The notes: generated by a model not told the origin, from the letters alone. Counted from the stretch's first letter, positions 11,811-24,373 are shown. The stretch: DNA of 64,000 nucleotides from Octopus bimaculoides (GCF_001194135.2 NC_068988.1:34704633-34768632); one strand, 5' to 3'. Made by a program: numbers and translations.

Positions 11811-12004
11811 ATCATCATCATCGTTTAACGTCCGCTTTCCATGCTAGCATGGGTTGGACGATTTGACTGAGGACTGGTGAAACCGGATGGCAACACCAGG
11901 CTNNNNNNNNNNGAAACCGGATGGCAACACCAGGCTCCAGTCTGATTTGGCAGAGTTTCTACAGCTGGATGCCCTTCCTAACGCCAACCACTCAGAGAGT
12001 GTAG
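11811..12004 (-). mobile_element. Young RTE-type 3' tail copy with a candidate TTACAT target-site duplication
   Basis: Near-identical reverse complement of 1-173. TTACAT at 11807-11812 and 12005-12010. A 10-N gap lies inside. Confidence 0.85.
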
Positions 12005-12397
12005 TTACATATACACGTATAAACTTAAATCTTTATATGCAGTTATATCATTCATACACACAACCATGTAATGCAAACACATTCAGGAAGGTAAACAACT
12101 GAGCTAATTGCATATGCTTAATTTATGTGTATGAACATACATATACATTTACAACATGATCGTCATGTGTCAACACTTATCTAGTTACATATAGCTTTAT
12201 GAATGTCATCATCATCATCATCTCCATTTTATGATCAGTTTCCATACTGGCATTGGGTGGGTAGGTCATTGTGGTTTGAATCAATTCTCATTCACTGTTA
12301 ATGTCTTCCAGGAAAGGTTAGTGACCACATATTGCTTGTGTGTGTGTGTGTATCTCCTTTGCCAACATGGAAGGCGGATGTTAAACGATGATGATAA

Positions 12398-12432
<35 letters not shown>

Positions 12433-12670
12433 NNNNNNNNNNNNNNNNNNNNNNNNNNNNNNNNNNNNNNNNNNNNNNNNNNNNNNNNNNNNNNNNNNNN
12501 NNNNNNNNNNNNNNNNNNNNNNNNNNNNNNNNNNNNNNNNNNNNNNNNNNNNNNNNNNNNNNNNNNNNNNNNNNNNNNNNNNNNNNNNNNNNNNNNNNNN
12601 NNNNNNNNNNNNNNNNNNNNNNNNNNNNNNNNNNNNNNNNNNNNNNNNNNNNNNNNNNNNNNNNNNNNNN
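12433..12670. other. Assembly gap
   Basis: Run of N after (TA)n. Confidence 1.
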
Positions 12671-13194
12671 GGAGACAATGGAAGATGTATAAGCAGATAG
12701 ATAGACAGATAGATAGATAGACAGACAGATAGAGAGATGGATGTGGTAAAAGAGAGAGAGAGAAGGGCCATTGTATTGAAATGGTCTTTTTAAGGAGTGT
12801 CAAATAAATAAAAAAATAAATAAATAAATAAGGGTAAACACTTGTTTACTATTTACTTCATTGTTTTGAGAGGGTTTCTAGGGATGGTAAGAGAAGGAAA
12901 AAGAGAGAAGAAAAAATACAGAATAATAAATAGAAACTATAAATAAAACAAAAAATGTCTTCCTGTTTTTTCTTTATTTTTTTAGTTGAGTTGTATTTAG
13001 AATATATTCCTGTCATACATTCATTTATTTAATTATATTTGGTAAGGTGTAGTTCTGCATGAGTATATATTAGTATAATATTTGTAAATTTGAAAAATCA
13101 ATTAGTAAAAATAACTGTATATATCATATCATACCCACACAAATATACATATATGTACATACAAAACGTATTTCTTGCCTTTCTTTTTTCTCTT

Positions 13195-13750
13195 TCAAAC
13201 ATTTAACTTCGGTGAAATTGTTTTTATGAAGCGCAGTTTCATTGCCTTTCGGTATTGTGGATCGTCCCGTGTACATTTATAAAAGGGAAAGATTTTGAAC
13301 TTTCCGTCTCCGCATATTTCCAGATGTTTACTCAATGGAATCATTCTTAGTTCTTCTTGTCGGATATGTTGCCTGTGAATTCTTGCACGTTGGCAAAGTG
13401 AGTTATTTGTTTCGCCAATGTAATTTTCTTTACAGTTTGGACAGGTGATGCAGTATATGAGATTTTGTGTTTTGCAGTTCATATCTGCATTTATTTTAAA
13501 AATAGATCCGTTCTTGAACTTTATGTGGAAACCACTTTCTATGTATTTGTAGTTGTTGGTATTGTTACACGTTCCACATCTCCTATCACCACATTCTTTT
13601 ACTATGAATTCTGGTTTAGTCTCTGATCTGAATTCTGCCCTTGTCAGGTGTTTTTTAAGGTTTTTTGGTTGGCGTCTGCTATTCCGTAAGGTGTTTTTTT
13701 CAATCAGAGTTTTCATCTTGGGGCTTTGAAGGAGTATAGGGAACTTGCAA
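13195..13750 (-). mobile_element. Penelope-like element fragment encoding a GIY-YIG endonuclease (ORF 13195-13716)
   Basis: CGDRRCGTC, NCKTQNLIYCITCPNCKENYIGET, RARIHRQHI and the terminal FIKTISPKLN follow the Penelope C-terminal GIY-YIG layout. The frame stays open upstream (FPILLQSPK). No RT is present. Confidence 0.9.
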
Positions 13751-13879
13751 GTTTCACCTGTCTACCAATATTTTTTATCTAAAGAAATGCCATGAACTCA
13801 GATTGGTACAGCTTGGCGTTAGTGTCATCATCGTTGTTGCTTTCAGAAGGCGAAGAACCAGAAGAGACACCATGAGGTA

Positions 13880-14040
13880 TCTTGCCTTACACTAACAGTT
13901 TCACCAATCTTCCACCTTGGAGAAGTACTCTATTTTTCATCTACACTGAAGTGGGGCAGAGTTGACCTTAGCGTGATTTGATCTAAGAGCTCTGTGTGTT
14001 GAAATACATACAGTGAGGCATTCTTTCCAATGCTCTAATG
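13880..14040 (-). mobile_element. SINE family B, degenerate
   Basis: GGGGCAGAGTTGACCTTAGCGTGATTTGATCTAAGA...AATGCTCTAATGACTC, similar to other minus-strand B copies. Confidence 0.55.
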
Positions 14041-14729
14041 ACTCTTACATGATGAAATGTTGAGTTATGTTTTCGTGTAAGCTTACATATTTATGCAGGC
14101 ATGTTCTCTCTCTGGCTCTCTCACACATACACACCAATTGTGCACTCTTATACAAATAGCTAATATAGACTTATAGACACTCACACACAGACACACCAAA
14201 TGGTTACTCAGAGCAACATACAAACTTAATGGATACACATGATCATAATATACACACACTTATACCAACTGCAATCTTATACATGCATACTTAGTAAGCC
14301 ATCTCTTTCTCTCTCTCTTTCACGCATGCGCGTGCGCACATGCACACACCTAATACAACCATAATAAGCTTCATTATTTTTACTGTTCTGTGTTGTTCCT
14401 GTCTGGAATGTCTGCTATAGAGATCATTTCTCACCATTTTCAATTTATATAGGCACCAACAAAACATTATTTCCTTCTTCCAAACCCAAACATTTCCTTC
14501 TTAGCTGCTTCTTTAAAATACACACCCATTCCAATATTCTTTTCATGCTTCCTGGTATCTATGGTTACTCCCCTAATGAATCATCTTAATTTTGCAGCTC
14601 TGATGTAAATGGTATAATTTACCTTGACGGGAAGTAACTGTTGAGTCTAGGTCACATAGTTTTTATGTTTGTTTTGTAATCAACTATCTTTTTTTTATTT
14701 TTCTCTTCTTTTTTTTTGGCGGGAGTATC

Positions 14730-15095
14730 TATCTTTTACTTCTTTCTGTCATTGGACTGTGGTTATGCTGGGTCACTACCTCGAAGGGTTTAGCCAAGCA
14801 AATTGATCCTAGTACTTATTTTTTATGTTTGGTACCCATGCTATTGGTCTCTTTTGTCAAACCACTAAGTGATGAGGACATAAACAAGACAACATCTGTT
14901 TTCAGGTGGTGAGGGGGAGACAAAGACACACACACAACATATATACATACACAGAGGCTTCTTTCAGTTTCTGCCTGCTTTGGTCAGCCCATGGCTTTCG
15001 TAGAAGACCTTTTCCCAATATGCTCTACAGTGGGACTGAACCCAAAACCACATGGTTGGGAAGCAAAGCAACTACATAGCTATGCCTGTGCCTAT
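14730..15095 (-). mobile_element. SINE family A1
   Basis: ATCTTTTACTT...CAGTGGGACTGAACCCAAAACCACATGGTTGGGAAGCAA...GCTATGCCTGTGCC. Confidence 0.85.
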
Positions 15096-16337
15096 CTCAA
15101 CCACACACCGATGCCTGCATTTAAGGGATATTTTCTTTCTTGTACATTTTTGAAGTGGTAAGGATGGCTAGTTCATTTTGTCATCAAATACCAGCCAATT
15201 TTGAGGGCTTAGGCATGTGAGTTTGAAATGAGGGTATGGACTTCTCATTTCATAGTGAGGTTGCATATTTCTCAGTTTGTGATGAAGGTGTACACTTATT
15301 TCTCAGTGTTATGTCATTAATAATAAAAAAATTATTATTGGGATGTAGATTTTATTTATTATCTTGGACATAGGGCCTAATTCAAGTCTATCATTGAAGT
15401 CTTATGATAAAGTGTTTATCGAAATAATGCAGTTGTCACATGCACTCCCTTTCCTCTGCTGACCTTGACTGAATTAGCAAATAAAGCTGTAGTCACATGC
15501 AAAACACACCATTAAGGAAAACCCTCTTGACACAGAAAGGACAACCATGTTAAATCAAATTAACCTTCATCACATGATCATCAGGTTGAGTTACCTGGCA
15601 CTAATGCAAAACATATGCAGCACTACTTTGATAAAACAATGATACTACATTTGGCATAAAAGGAGGGTGCACAGATATATGCATGGAAGAGGAGATGGTT
15701 ATCATAGACATGTTAACCCAGAGAGGGTATGTAGCTCTGAATTTATAATAAAGATATCAAGCTGTGAAGACTATGCTTGCATTACTAGGTAGTAGGTTGA
15801 GGGGCTAGACTCTTATGCTAAGGGTGTAGATCTGTTAGTTCATAATAAGCATGTAGATCTCATTGATAATGAGGGCAGAGACCCCTCTCTTAATACTGTT
15901 GTTGTAGACCCATCTGTTACATTTTGAAGTTGGAGATCTATCAACTCAATTAAGTGCAGGCAGTTTTCTCAGTTTGCATCTTGCTTTTTGGGTTCATCTT
16001 TTGGGCACAAGCAGACTTCTGAACTCAACTTGTGAGCACTGAAAGCACACACAGACAATATTTCAGCTTGTAGGAGCTATATTATTTCAAAACATACTCC
16101 TCTAACAAAACATATTACATTTACACATTTATTTGGTATTATCATTTATTTTATGAAGCCTGTGGTATAAGAATAGAGGTTAACCATTTCTTACAATTCT
16201 TTTTATTGGAGCTATTTCAGTTCCTACACACCACTGATGTAATAACAGTAACCATAAACATTTTAACTACTCATTTCTCCTATCCTAAAATTTTGTATTT
16301 TTTTATACTGGTTTATATAACGTTGCAAAATTGTATT

Positions 16338-16394
<57 letters not shown>

Positions 16395-16945
16395 AAGAGA
16401 GAGAGAGTTTGTGAGTGGTGGAAGAGATTGAACAAGTGTATGAGGTTTTGTGAGGGAAGGAAAATAACATATTTGTGTGAAAGTGTGTACATGTGCATGA
16501 GAATTGTCTGTCTGTTCATCTATAACCCCAATGAAGTCTTCAGCAAATACACTAAGTGCTTCTCAAGATGTAGATTTCAAATACCATGCATATACCTTCT
16601 ATACAATGTAAGGTTGAACCTATTTAGGAAAAACAAAAGAAAATTAAAACTGTAGCTGGTAAATTCTGTGAGAAAATCACATACATTACTTTTCTTTATT
16701 ATGTAATTTATACTATTTATGGGCTATTTTAAACATAAACTGAAAAATCAACATGGGTTAACTTTTTCCGTCAGTTATTCATTTAATTCTTACCTAATAT
16801 AATCTAGCCCATACCTCTTCCTCCTGTGTGAATCACACTCCTCCCCTACTCTAATTTAGGTTTGCAATTAACCCGCTCACCTTCTCCTAGTAATTCTCAC
16901 AGAGAGGTCGGTGACCAATTTAAGCCTTTATGTTACATCATGGTT

Positions 16946-16991
<46 letters not shown>

Positions 16992-16993
<2 letters not shown>

Positions 16994-17275
16994 AGTACAG
17001 CTTAGTGGTTATGATGATGCAGTTAAGATTGCATGATTGTAGTTTCGAATCCTAGGCAGGCAGAGCACTGTATTCTTGAGCAAAACACTTCCTTTCATGT
17101 TGCTCTATCCACTCAGCTGTAAATAGGTAACCCTGAGATAGACAGATGTTCAAGTCAGGGAGAATGTTGGACTGCCTGCTTACCCAGTTGGGTGGCATCA
17201 TTCGAAAGCTAAAGCTATACAAGGAAGCACATTGTAACCAGAATGTATAATAATATCCAGCAGTCTGGTTGATAC
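16992..17275 (+). mobile_element. tRNA-derived SINE family C
   Basis: CAGCTTAGTGGTTA A-box-like and GTTTCGAATCC B-box-like motifs, then CTTGAGCAAAACACTT...CCACTCAGCTGTAAATAGG. An inverted relative lies at about 44545-44670. Confidence 0.7.
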
Positions 17276-17349
17276 TCTGGTGTATAATGCCAGAGGATTT
17301 GTGTTGTATTGTGCCTTTTATGTTACACTGTAATATCTATGCACCTTAG

Positions 17350-17700
17350 ATGCAGGCATGGGTGTGGAATTAAGACTTTCACTTTGTAACCTTGTAGTTT
17401 AGGGTTCACTGTGGGGAGACTTCTACTATGGTTTTGGGTCTTTGTTTTCATGTTTAAGCCCTTATTGGTAAACAAAGTCATGGTTCATACAATGTTATTT
17501 GTTCACAGTCTGCTGTTAATATGTTCAATCAGTAGTTATTTATTCAAAGGACTACGGAATATACCATGTTACATGGAAGCAAATGAGGTTTGGCAATAGG
17601 AAGAGCATCTGAACATACAAATTTTGCTTTCATATATTTTGTCTGACCCATGCAAGCATGGAAAATTAACTGTTAAACCATAGATGAGGACAATGTTGAT
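17350..17700 (+). mobile_element. SINE family A2 (A head with RTE-type tail), degenerate
   Basis: GCAGGCATGGGTGTGGAATTAAGA head and CTGACCCATGCAAGCATGGAAAA tail. Confidence 0.65.
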
Positions 17701-18801
17701 ATAACATTTTCATGTTATAATGATGCAAGCCTGATTATATTATCAAAAGAACCACAATTCAGTTGGATGACATGCAAGTAATAGCAGCCAAATTTTATGC
17801 AAATTACAACCTAGTGTTTGAAAAAAGAAAGGTTTTTAAATAAAAGGGACATATTGGATGATGTAGTCATGATGGTCACTACTGGTGTGTTTCTGGTCAG
17901 CAGTATGCTCTTCTCAATCATAACTTACTTTGGACTAAAACATTAAGAACAACAGTAACCGCCAAGTCTCTTACCTCATTAAGTATCGATGGAAGTACAA
18001 AACTGAAAGCAGATGAATGAAAAAATAAATATTACAAAAAGTAAAAAGAAAGAAATTGCAAAAAAACAACAACAAAAAAACTGAAGAAAATGTCCAGCCA
18101 GTCTACATATTTTAATTGGAGAAACTAATCAACTGTTCTATATCCTATTTGTGCAATATTGAAGCCAATTTCTTATATAATTAGGTGTATTGTCATATAG
18201 ACTTTAGCTGACTAATCATCCACATTACTGTTGATTGTTAATTGTGACAAAATGAACCAGACACATGACTTGTGTAATTTCAAAATGCTTTGACTTTTAG
18301 GAATGAAATTACAAGAGACAGTGAGGGAGTGATGTAATGGAGAAATGAGAGAGAGAGAGATGAAAAGAGGGAAAGATGTAATGGAGAAGGGAGAGAAAGA
18401 GCAAGAAAGATAAAAATAGAAAATAAGAAGAAATTATAATAATGATACAAAAATAAAATAATTATCTTGAAATGAAAACAAATTAGATGTGAGGAGTATT
18501 AGAGTGAAAACTATAGTTCATAATAATGATCATATATGTGTATGAGTGTGTGTGTTATATGGACTCACAAGGCTCACTACTTCACACACAACTTGAAAAA
18601 AATACCTTCATTATGTAGACTGTGTGAAACATACACTCTATGCAGACCACTTTCAATTTTGTCAAAACATTTTAAATGGTGTATATCCTACAGAAGACCA
18701 ACTTTCATTATTATATAACAAAATCCATGTAGTATAATATATTCTATATGATTCACATGGTACAATTCACATGATACAATTGACTTGATAGCATATGCTA
18801 T

Positions 18802-19187
18802 GTTGTTGTTGGCACGCCGTCGCTTACGACGTCAAGGGTTCCAGTTGATCCGATCAACGGAACAGCCTGCTCATGAAATTAACGTGCAAGTGGCGGAGCA
18901 TTCTACAGACACGTGTACCCTTAACGTAGTTCTCGGGGATATTCAGCGTACATGGTGTGACAAGGCTGACCCTTTGAATTACAGGTACAACAGAAACAGG
19001 AAGTAAGAGTGAGAGAAAGTTGTGGTGGAAGAGTACAGCAGGGTTCACCACCATCCCCTACCGGAGCCTCGTAGAGCTTTAGGTGTTTTCACTCAATAAA
19101 CACTCACAACGCCTGGTCTGGGAATTGAAACCGTGATCCTATGATCGCAAGTCCACTGCCCTAACCACTAGGCCATTGCGCCTCCAC
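18802..19187 (-). mobile_element. Young tRNA-derived SINE family D, full length, 12-bp TSD
   Basis: Minus-strand head GTGGAGGCGCAATGGCCTAGTGGTTAGGGCAG...GGTTTCAATTCCC and a (AAC)n tail. AGCATATGCTAT occurs at 18790-18801 and 19188-19199. CpGs are retained. Confidence 0.9.
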
Positions 19188-19679
19188 AGCATATGCTATA
19201 TATTCTACACAAATCACATGGTACATATTCTACACAATGGTACATGTGATTAGAATGTCACAGGAAAGAATTGCTACACAGATTCTGGTAGGAGATCTAG
19301 GGTTAAACCAAGTATGAGTTGAATATCCTTATCTCAGTTGGTCATGCTTGGAAATCCTGTTGCAAGTGTTGCTCCTGATAGGACCATGTGGAGAAGATAC
19401 CTGGGGACTTTACCTCCATGACACTCCAAAGAATAGCGGCTTAAAAAGATGGATGGTAATATTGCTTATCGATGGTGAAAATGTTTGGTAAATTTATAGT
19501 TTGACACTCATCCTGATTTTGGTGTGAAATAATGCTTTTTCTTTGTTTTTTTTTTTTTCTTATGCTATCAACTAATCTCATCTCTTAATATGCTGCAAAT
19601 AATTTTTTCTACAGAAATTGGAGGTGGGTGGGGTAGGGTTGACCCTCAGAAATTCCCCCCTCACTTCCTAAAGTTGGCC

Positions 19680-19725
<46 letters not shown>

Positions 19726-20243
19726 GTAAAAGGTTTAGATTTAGATTCAAAAATTGAATATCGTACTTATGTTTAGGCACCAGAATATACTATGGTATGG
19801 TATTATATAAAAACCATTCAATTATATAAAAACCATTGATCACCTAGTTTGATTTTTTGATTTTGCTTATTTTGATTTTTTTTTATATATAGACGTATGT
19901 ATATAAGCATGCCTCTTTTTTTTATTTACATCCTACCCTTCCCATAAAAGCTTGAGCAAACAAATGGAATAAATAATCCCTTACTTGAAAAGCAGGAAGG
20001 GCATCTGGCTATAAAGCAATGCTTCAATAATATGGAAAAATGGATGTAAAACAATTAAGTGTATGAAAAATCTGCATATGTTCATGTGGTTTTGATTTAG
20101 TGGATCCTGTTAAGTAGCTGGTGTCTTATTTTATTGATTTAATACTTAGTTGGTGAAGGTGAGAAGGATTTAAACTGAAGCAGAAATATAAAACTAAATT
20201 AAAACATAGTTTGTTGTTCTTTATTTTTCCTGTTCACTACCCT

Positions 20244-20284
<41 letters not shown>

Positions 20285-20303
20285 TGATGGTGGTGATAAT
20301 AAT

Positions 20304-20760
20304 AGATGAGCGATATAAACAGAAATCAGAGAGTGTGATCGAAAATGCTAATTACAGGATTTTATTGGATTTTTCTATAGAAACTGACCATACTATTGAA
20401 GCAAGGAAACCAGATGTGATTGTAGGAGACCAAAGAAGGAAAAAAAGTGTAAGATCATAGATTTCGCAATATCATATGATAGTATTGGATATCAAAGAAA
20501 TCGAGAAAATTAAGAAATATCAATCAAAACCTTGCCTAAGAGATGAAAAGATTGTGGAACACCTAAGAGGTTGATAGATATTGGAATTATGACAGGTATT
20601 GTTGACCTGCAGGAAAGTGCCATCCTGTCTTCTGCAGGAATCCAAAGAAAGATTATTGAGTGTTGAAGAGACTTGTTGTCGCCAAACCTCAGGATAACAT
20701 CCCTACTATTTAAATTAGCATGCAATAGCTTTTGAATAATAATAATAATGATAATAATGA
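20304..20760 (+). mobile_element. R4/Dong-like LINE 3' fragment 1 (RLE endonuclease remnant)
   Basis: Frameshifted SVIENANYRILLDFSIETDHTIEARKPDVIV, CKIIDFAISYD, KEIEKIKKY, EMKRLW and DLQESAILSSAGIQRKII*. Bounded by (TAA)n on both sides. Confidence 0.85.
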
Positions 20761-20864
20761 AATAATGATAGTAGTAGTAGTAGTAGTAATAGTAGTTGTA
20801 GTAGCAGCAGCAGTAGTAGCAACAGTTGTAATAGTAATAATAGATATAATAATGCATCATCCGA

Positions 20865-22075
20865 AGGCAGGTATAGAGAAAATTGGAGAACATGGATTGA
20901 TGCAGCTGTCGCTGTCTCCAAAGACAGCAACCTTTGGATTAGACACCTATCTAAAGAAAACTGGCCAGAGCTTAATTTTGTCTGCAAATATATAACTTCC
21001 TAAAAATGCACTCAATATCGGAAGCAACAAAGATGTACATACAAGAATTGAGGATCATTGAGACTGGGGTACAATTAGATAAACTAGAAGAACCCACTGT
21101 GACAGCAAAACAGATAAAAACACTGGCCAAATGGGAAGTCAGTGCTGTGAAATGCATAATAAAGTAAAGCATTGCATGGCAAATATCCTACAAAGGCCAG
21201 TTATCCTGATGCTGATACAAGTACAACTCATCAATAGTTGACTGCATTTGTTCTTAAATATAGAGTGGAGGGCTTCATCATAACACCTCAGGACCAATGT
21301 TGCCCACCAAAATCTACCAAGCAAGCATTTTAAAAAATGGTGCTGATCCTGCCTTCCACTTTTGTGGTGCAACCAGAGAAACAACTGACTACCTCATCTC
21401 TGGATGCTTTATGCAAGCCTCAAATGAATGTATTAATTGCCATGATAAACTTGGCCAGAATTTGCACTGGACCATATGCCATAAGTCTACATTCCTATAT
21501 GAGAAGAATTGGTGGGAACATACAGTTGTCTAAATAGTAGAAAATAAAGATATCACCATTCTTTGGAACTCTAGTATTCAAACTGATCATTCTATACAGG
21601 CCAATAGACCAGATATTGTGGTAAAAAAGAATCACCTTGACAAAACTTGTCTACTCACAAACAATATTTCTGTAAAAACATTTTTTTAAAAGATAAGTTA
21701 AGATAAGGACCTTGAAATAGAGGTCTCAAAAATGTGGCATCTAAGAACAACTATACCTGTGTTGATTGGCACCTTTGAGACAATACCAAAAGGCACTCTT
21801 AAACACTATTGCCAAATACCAGGAAACCACAAAGCATCAGAAAAAAAACATTGTCAACTTGAAAATACCTGATTCTATTAAAACTCTTTCAAAACTGAAA
21901 TATTACAAATTCACCGCAATCTTAGTTTTCATATTCTGGTCTCTTTCCCATACTGTATATCATTGGTAATCATAAATAACATCCATAGTAAAATATCCAA
22001 CCTGCTGTTACTTGAGCTCTCAGGATGAGACTGGGAACAACTCGTTAGAAACAAAATAATGATAATAGTAATAAT
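20865..22075 (+). mobile_element. R4/Dong-like LINE 3' fragment 2 (zinc-knuckle and RLE remnant)
   Basis: LPTKIYQASILKNGADPAFHFCGATRETTDYLISGC (decayed CCHC), HDKLGQNLHW, ILWNSSIQTDHSIQANRPDIVV and KDLEIEVSKMW, with multiple stops and frameshifts and a TAA-type tail. Confidence 0.88.
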
Positions 22076-22077
22076 GA

Positions 22078-22287
22078 TTTCAAATTTTGGCACCAAGTCA
22101 GCAAGTTCAAGGGAGGTATGAGTCGATCACATTGACCCTAGTGATTGACTGGTATTTAGTTTATCGAGCCCGAAAGGATGAAGGTGAACTCGACCTTGGT
22201 GAAATTTGAACTCAGAACATAAAGATGGGTGAAGTGCCACTAAGCATTTTGCCGACATGCTAACAATTCTGACAGCTTGCCACCTTA
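22078..22287 (-). mobile_element. SINE family B, near full length
   Basis: TTCAAATTTTGGCACCAAG...CCGAAAGGATGAAGG...GAAATTTGAACTCAGAAC...GACAGCTTGCCACCTTAATAATAAT. Confidence 0.85.
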
Positions 22288-23514
22288 ATAATAATAATAA
22301 TAATAATAATGATAATAATAATGATAATAACAATAACAATTTTTTATTAACCGTTAAGAGTTCACAAAATCATGAGGAATGGTACAGGTTAATATGATTT
22401 TGGATTCCATAAAGGAGCATGTAAGAAGAAGAGCAACAGTATATATAAATTTCAACAATGAATAATTCCCAGCACTGTGCCATTATTATTATTGGTATTA
22501 TTTTGGAGGAGGAATATGATAAAATAACTTCAACGTTAAAATACCCTCACCATCAAATTTTTAACTAAGAATCTAGAGGTTATTGATGATGATGATTTGT
22601 AGGAGAGGTTTGATGAAAAGTTGTAGCTGTTATTGGCTATCTAACTTTTGGTTCTCTCTGTATATGTGTATGTATGAAATTTCTTCTTTCATCAATAGGA
22701 GTTGTCTCTCATCTCTATTCTTCATTCTGTTTTGTTTACCTACATACATTCCTTCTCCACTCTATTTTGCTATTTCATGATTTTTCACTCCCTTTTCTCT
22801 ATAATTTATAATCTCCATATGTGGGGATTGCTGCAGTTTTTGGTAATTTCTTGAACTAGAACTGATGCATACCTGCTCCTCTCCCTCACATTAGCTTCTT
22901 ATAACAAGACAGTATACCTTTAACAAACAGTTTATTTTCATTCAGCTATTGCATAAAGAAAATTCATCTCTTTTGTCAACATGTATTGCTTCTTGCTTTT
23001 AAAATATCATTAATCTATTTTGTTTACTTTATTTCAAATTCACTCTGTTTTATAATTCAGCCATTTTGTTTTTGTTTTTTTTTTACTTTTTGTTATTTCA
23101 TGATATTCTATGATTTCCTATAATGTTATCCTTTAAAATCTCATTAATCTATTTTGTTTACCTACCTCATCATCTATGCAAACTCCCTTTTCTCTTATAA
23201 GCCATTTAGATTTTCCTATTTCACAATTCCTTTGATTTTGTTTAAATCTAATGATCTTATCAAATATTTAGCTTGAAGTCAAGGTTAACACACTGCAATC
23301 TATTGCTGCCACCTATAAATCTTGCCTACTCTTAAAAATCTTCCGATGGTACTGAGTAACTGACAAATAATCTACCCACATCAACTCTTCAAATACCCAG
23401 TCCAATTACCAAATAACAAGAAAAGACCTGTTTCCTTTAGTTACAAGTAAAGGGGCTGATGTGGATGTTCAGCCAAATAATAAGAAACATCAATGGAATT
23501 GATGTAAAAACTGG

Positions 23515-23824
23515 ATTGACTTATCATCAGTGGTTTAACATTCACTTTTCCATGCTTGCATGGGTCACACAGATTTTGCCAAGGCAGATTTTCTACTGCT
23601 GCATGTGCTTCCTGTCACCAACCTCCACCCATTTCCTAGCAGGATGATATTTCCCCATGACCAGACATATTTTCATGGCAGATTGGAAATATATGACACC
23701 ACTTTTGTGGTGGTATTTGTTTACTATTATCATACAGTGTCAGGGCAGGGAAACAAGCACACTCACACAACACACATGCATACATACAACGTAAGTATGC
23801 AGACATGCACATATGTGTACACTC

Positions 23825-23911
<87 letters not shown>

Positions 23912-24050
23912 TGGCTTCTAGTTTCTGTTTATCAGATCCACTCACAAGGCTTTGATTGTCTTGAGACTATAGTGGAAAACATTTGCCCAACATACAGTGC
24001 AGTGGGAGGACTGAACTGAAAACCATTTGACTGAAAAGCAAACTTTTTCA
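23515..24050 (-). mobile_element. SINE family A2 with an internal long (CA)n
   Basis: RTE-type tail GGTTTAACATTCACTTTTCCATGCTTGCATGGG at the left and an A-type head GGACTGAACTGAAAACC at the right. Confidence 0.7.
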
Positions 24051-24069
24051 CCCTACAATCATACCTGTA

Positions 24070-24160
24070 CCTATTGACAATAAGCAGTTTCTCATTCATA
24101 CACAAGGAAGACTGTATGATGCATGTGTAAAGGAATGTCTTGTTGTATGTATAGTAATCC
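24070..24160 (+). mobile_element. Small old RTE ORF fragment
   Basis: GGAAGACTGTATGATGCATGTGTA translates GRLYDACV, a motif I recall from the C-terminal part of RTE ORFs. Confidence 0.4.
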
Positions 24161-24199
24161 TTCGCCATGTCACAGTTCACCTATCATGGTTTATTATTT

Positions 24200-24373
24200 A
24201 AGCTTATGTTGATTCCTCCATGGTGTTGTTCTGCATTTATAATAAATTAAATATATACAATTATAAAAATAGTAAAAAAATACATTCAGTAAAGTACTGT
24301 TTCTACTTCGCAGATTTTCACCTATCACAGGGGTTTTGGGAACATAGCACCCGCGATAGTCAAGGGATTACTG
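24200..24373 (+). mobile_element. Terminal fragment of a Tigger/pogo-like (Tc1-mariner superfamily) DNA element
   Basis: CTACTTCGCAGATTTTCACCTATCAC...CCCGCGATAGTCAAGGGATTACTG|TA: the end is CAG-type on the reverse strand and is followed by TA. The partner TIR was not found. Confidence 0.6.

Noticed and set aside
11879-11936. 24-bp direct repeat GAAACCGGATGGCAACACCAGGCT on both sides of a 10-N gap
   Set aside because: An unmerged contig overlap; the intact sibling at 1-173 has a single copy.
19110-19187. tRNA-like sequence with A and B boxes on the minus strand (also the heads at 4269, 16992 and 26528)
   Set aside because: These are SINE heads continuous with repeat bodies and tails. I could not see a complete cloverleaf with an acceptor stem.
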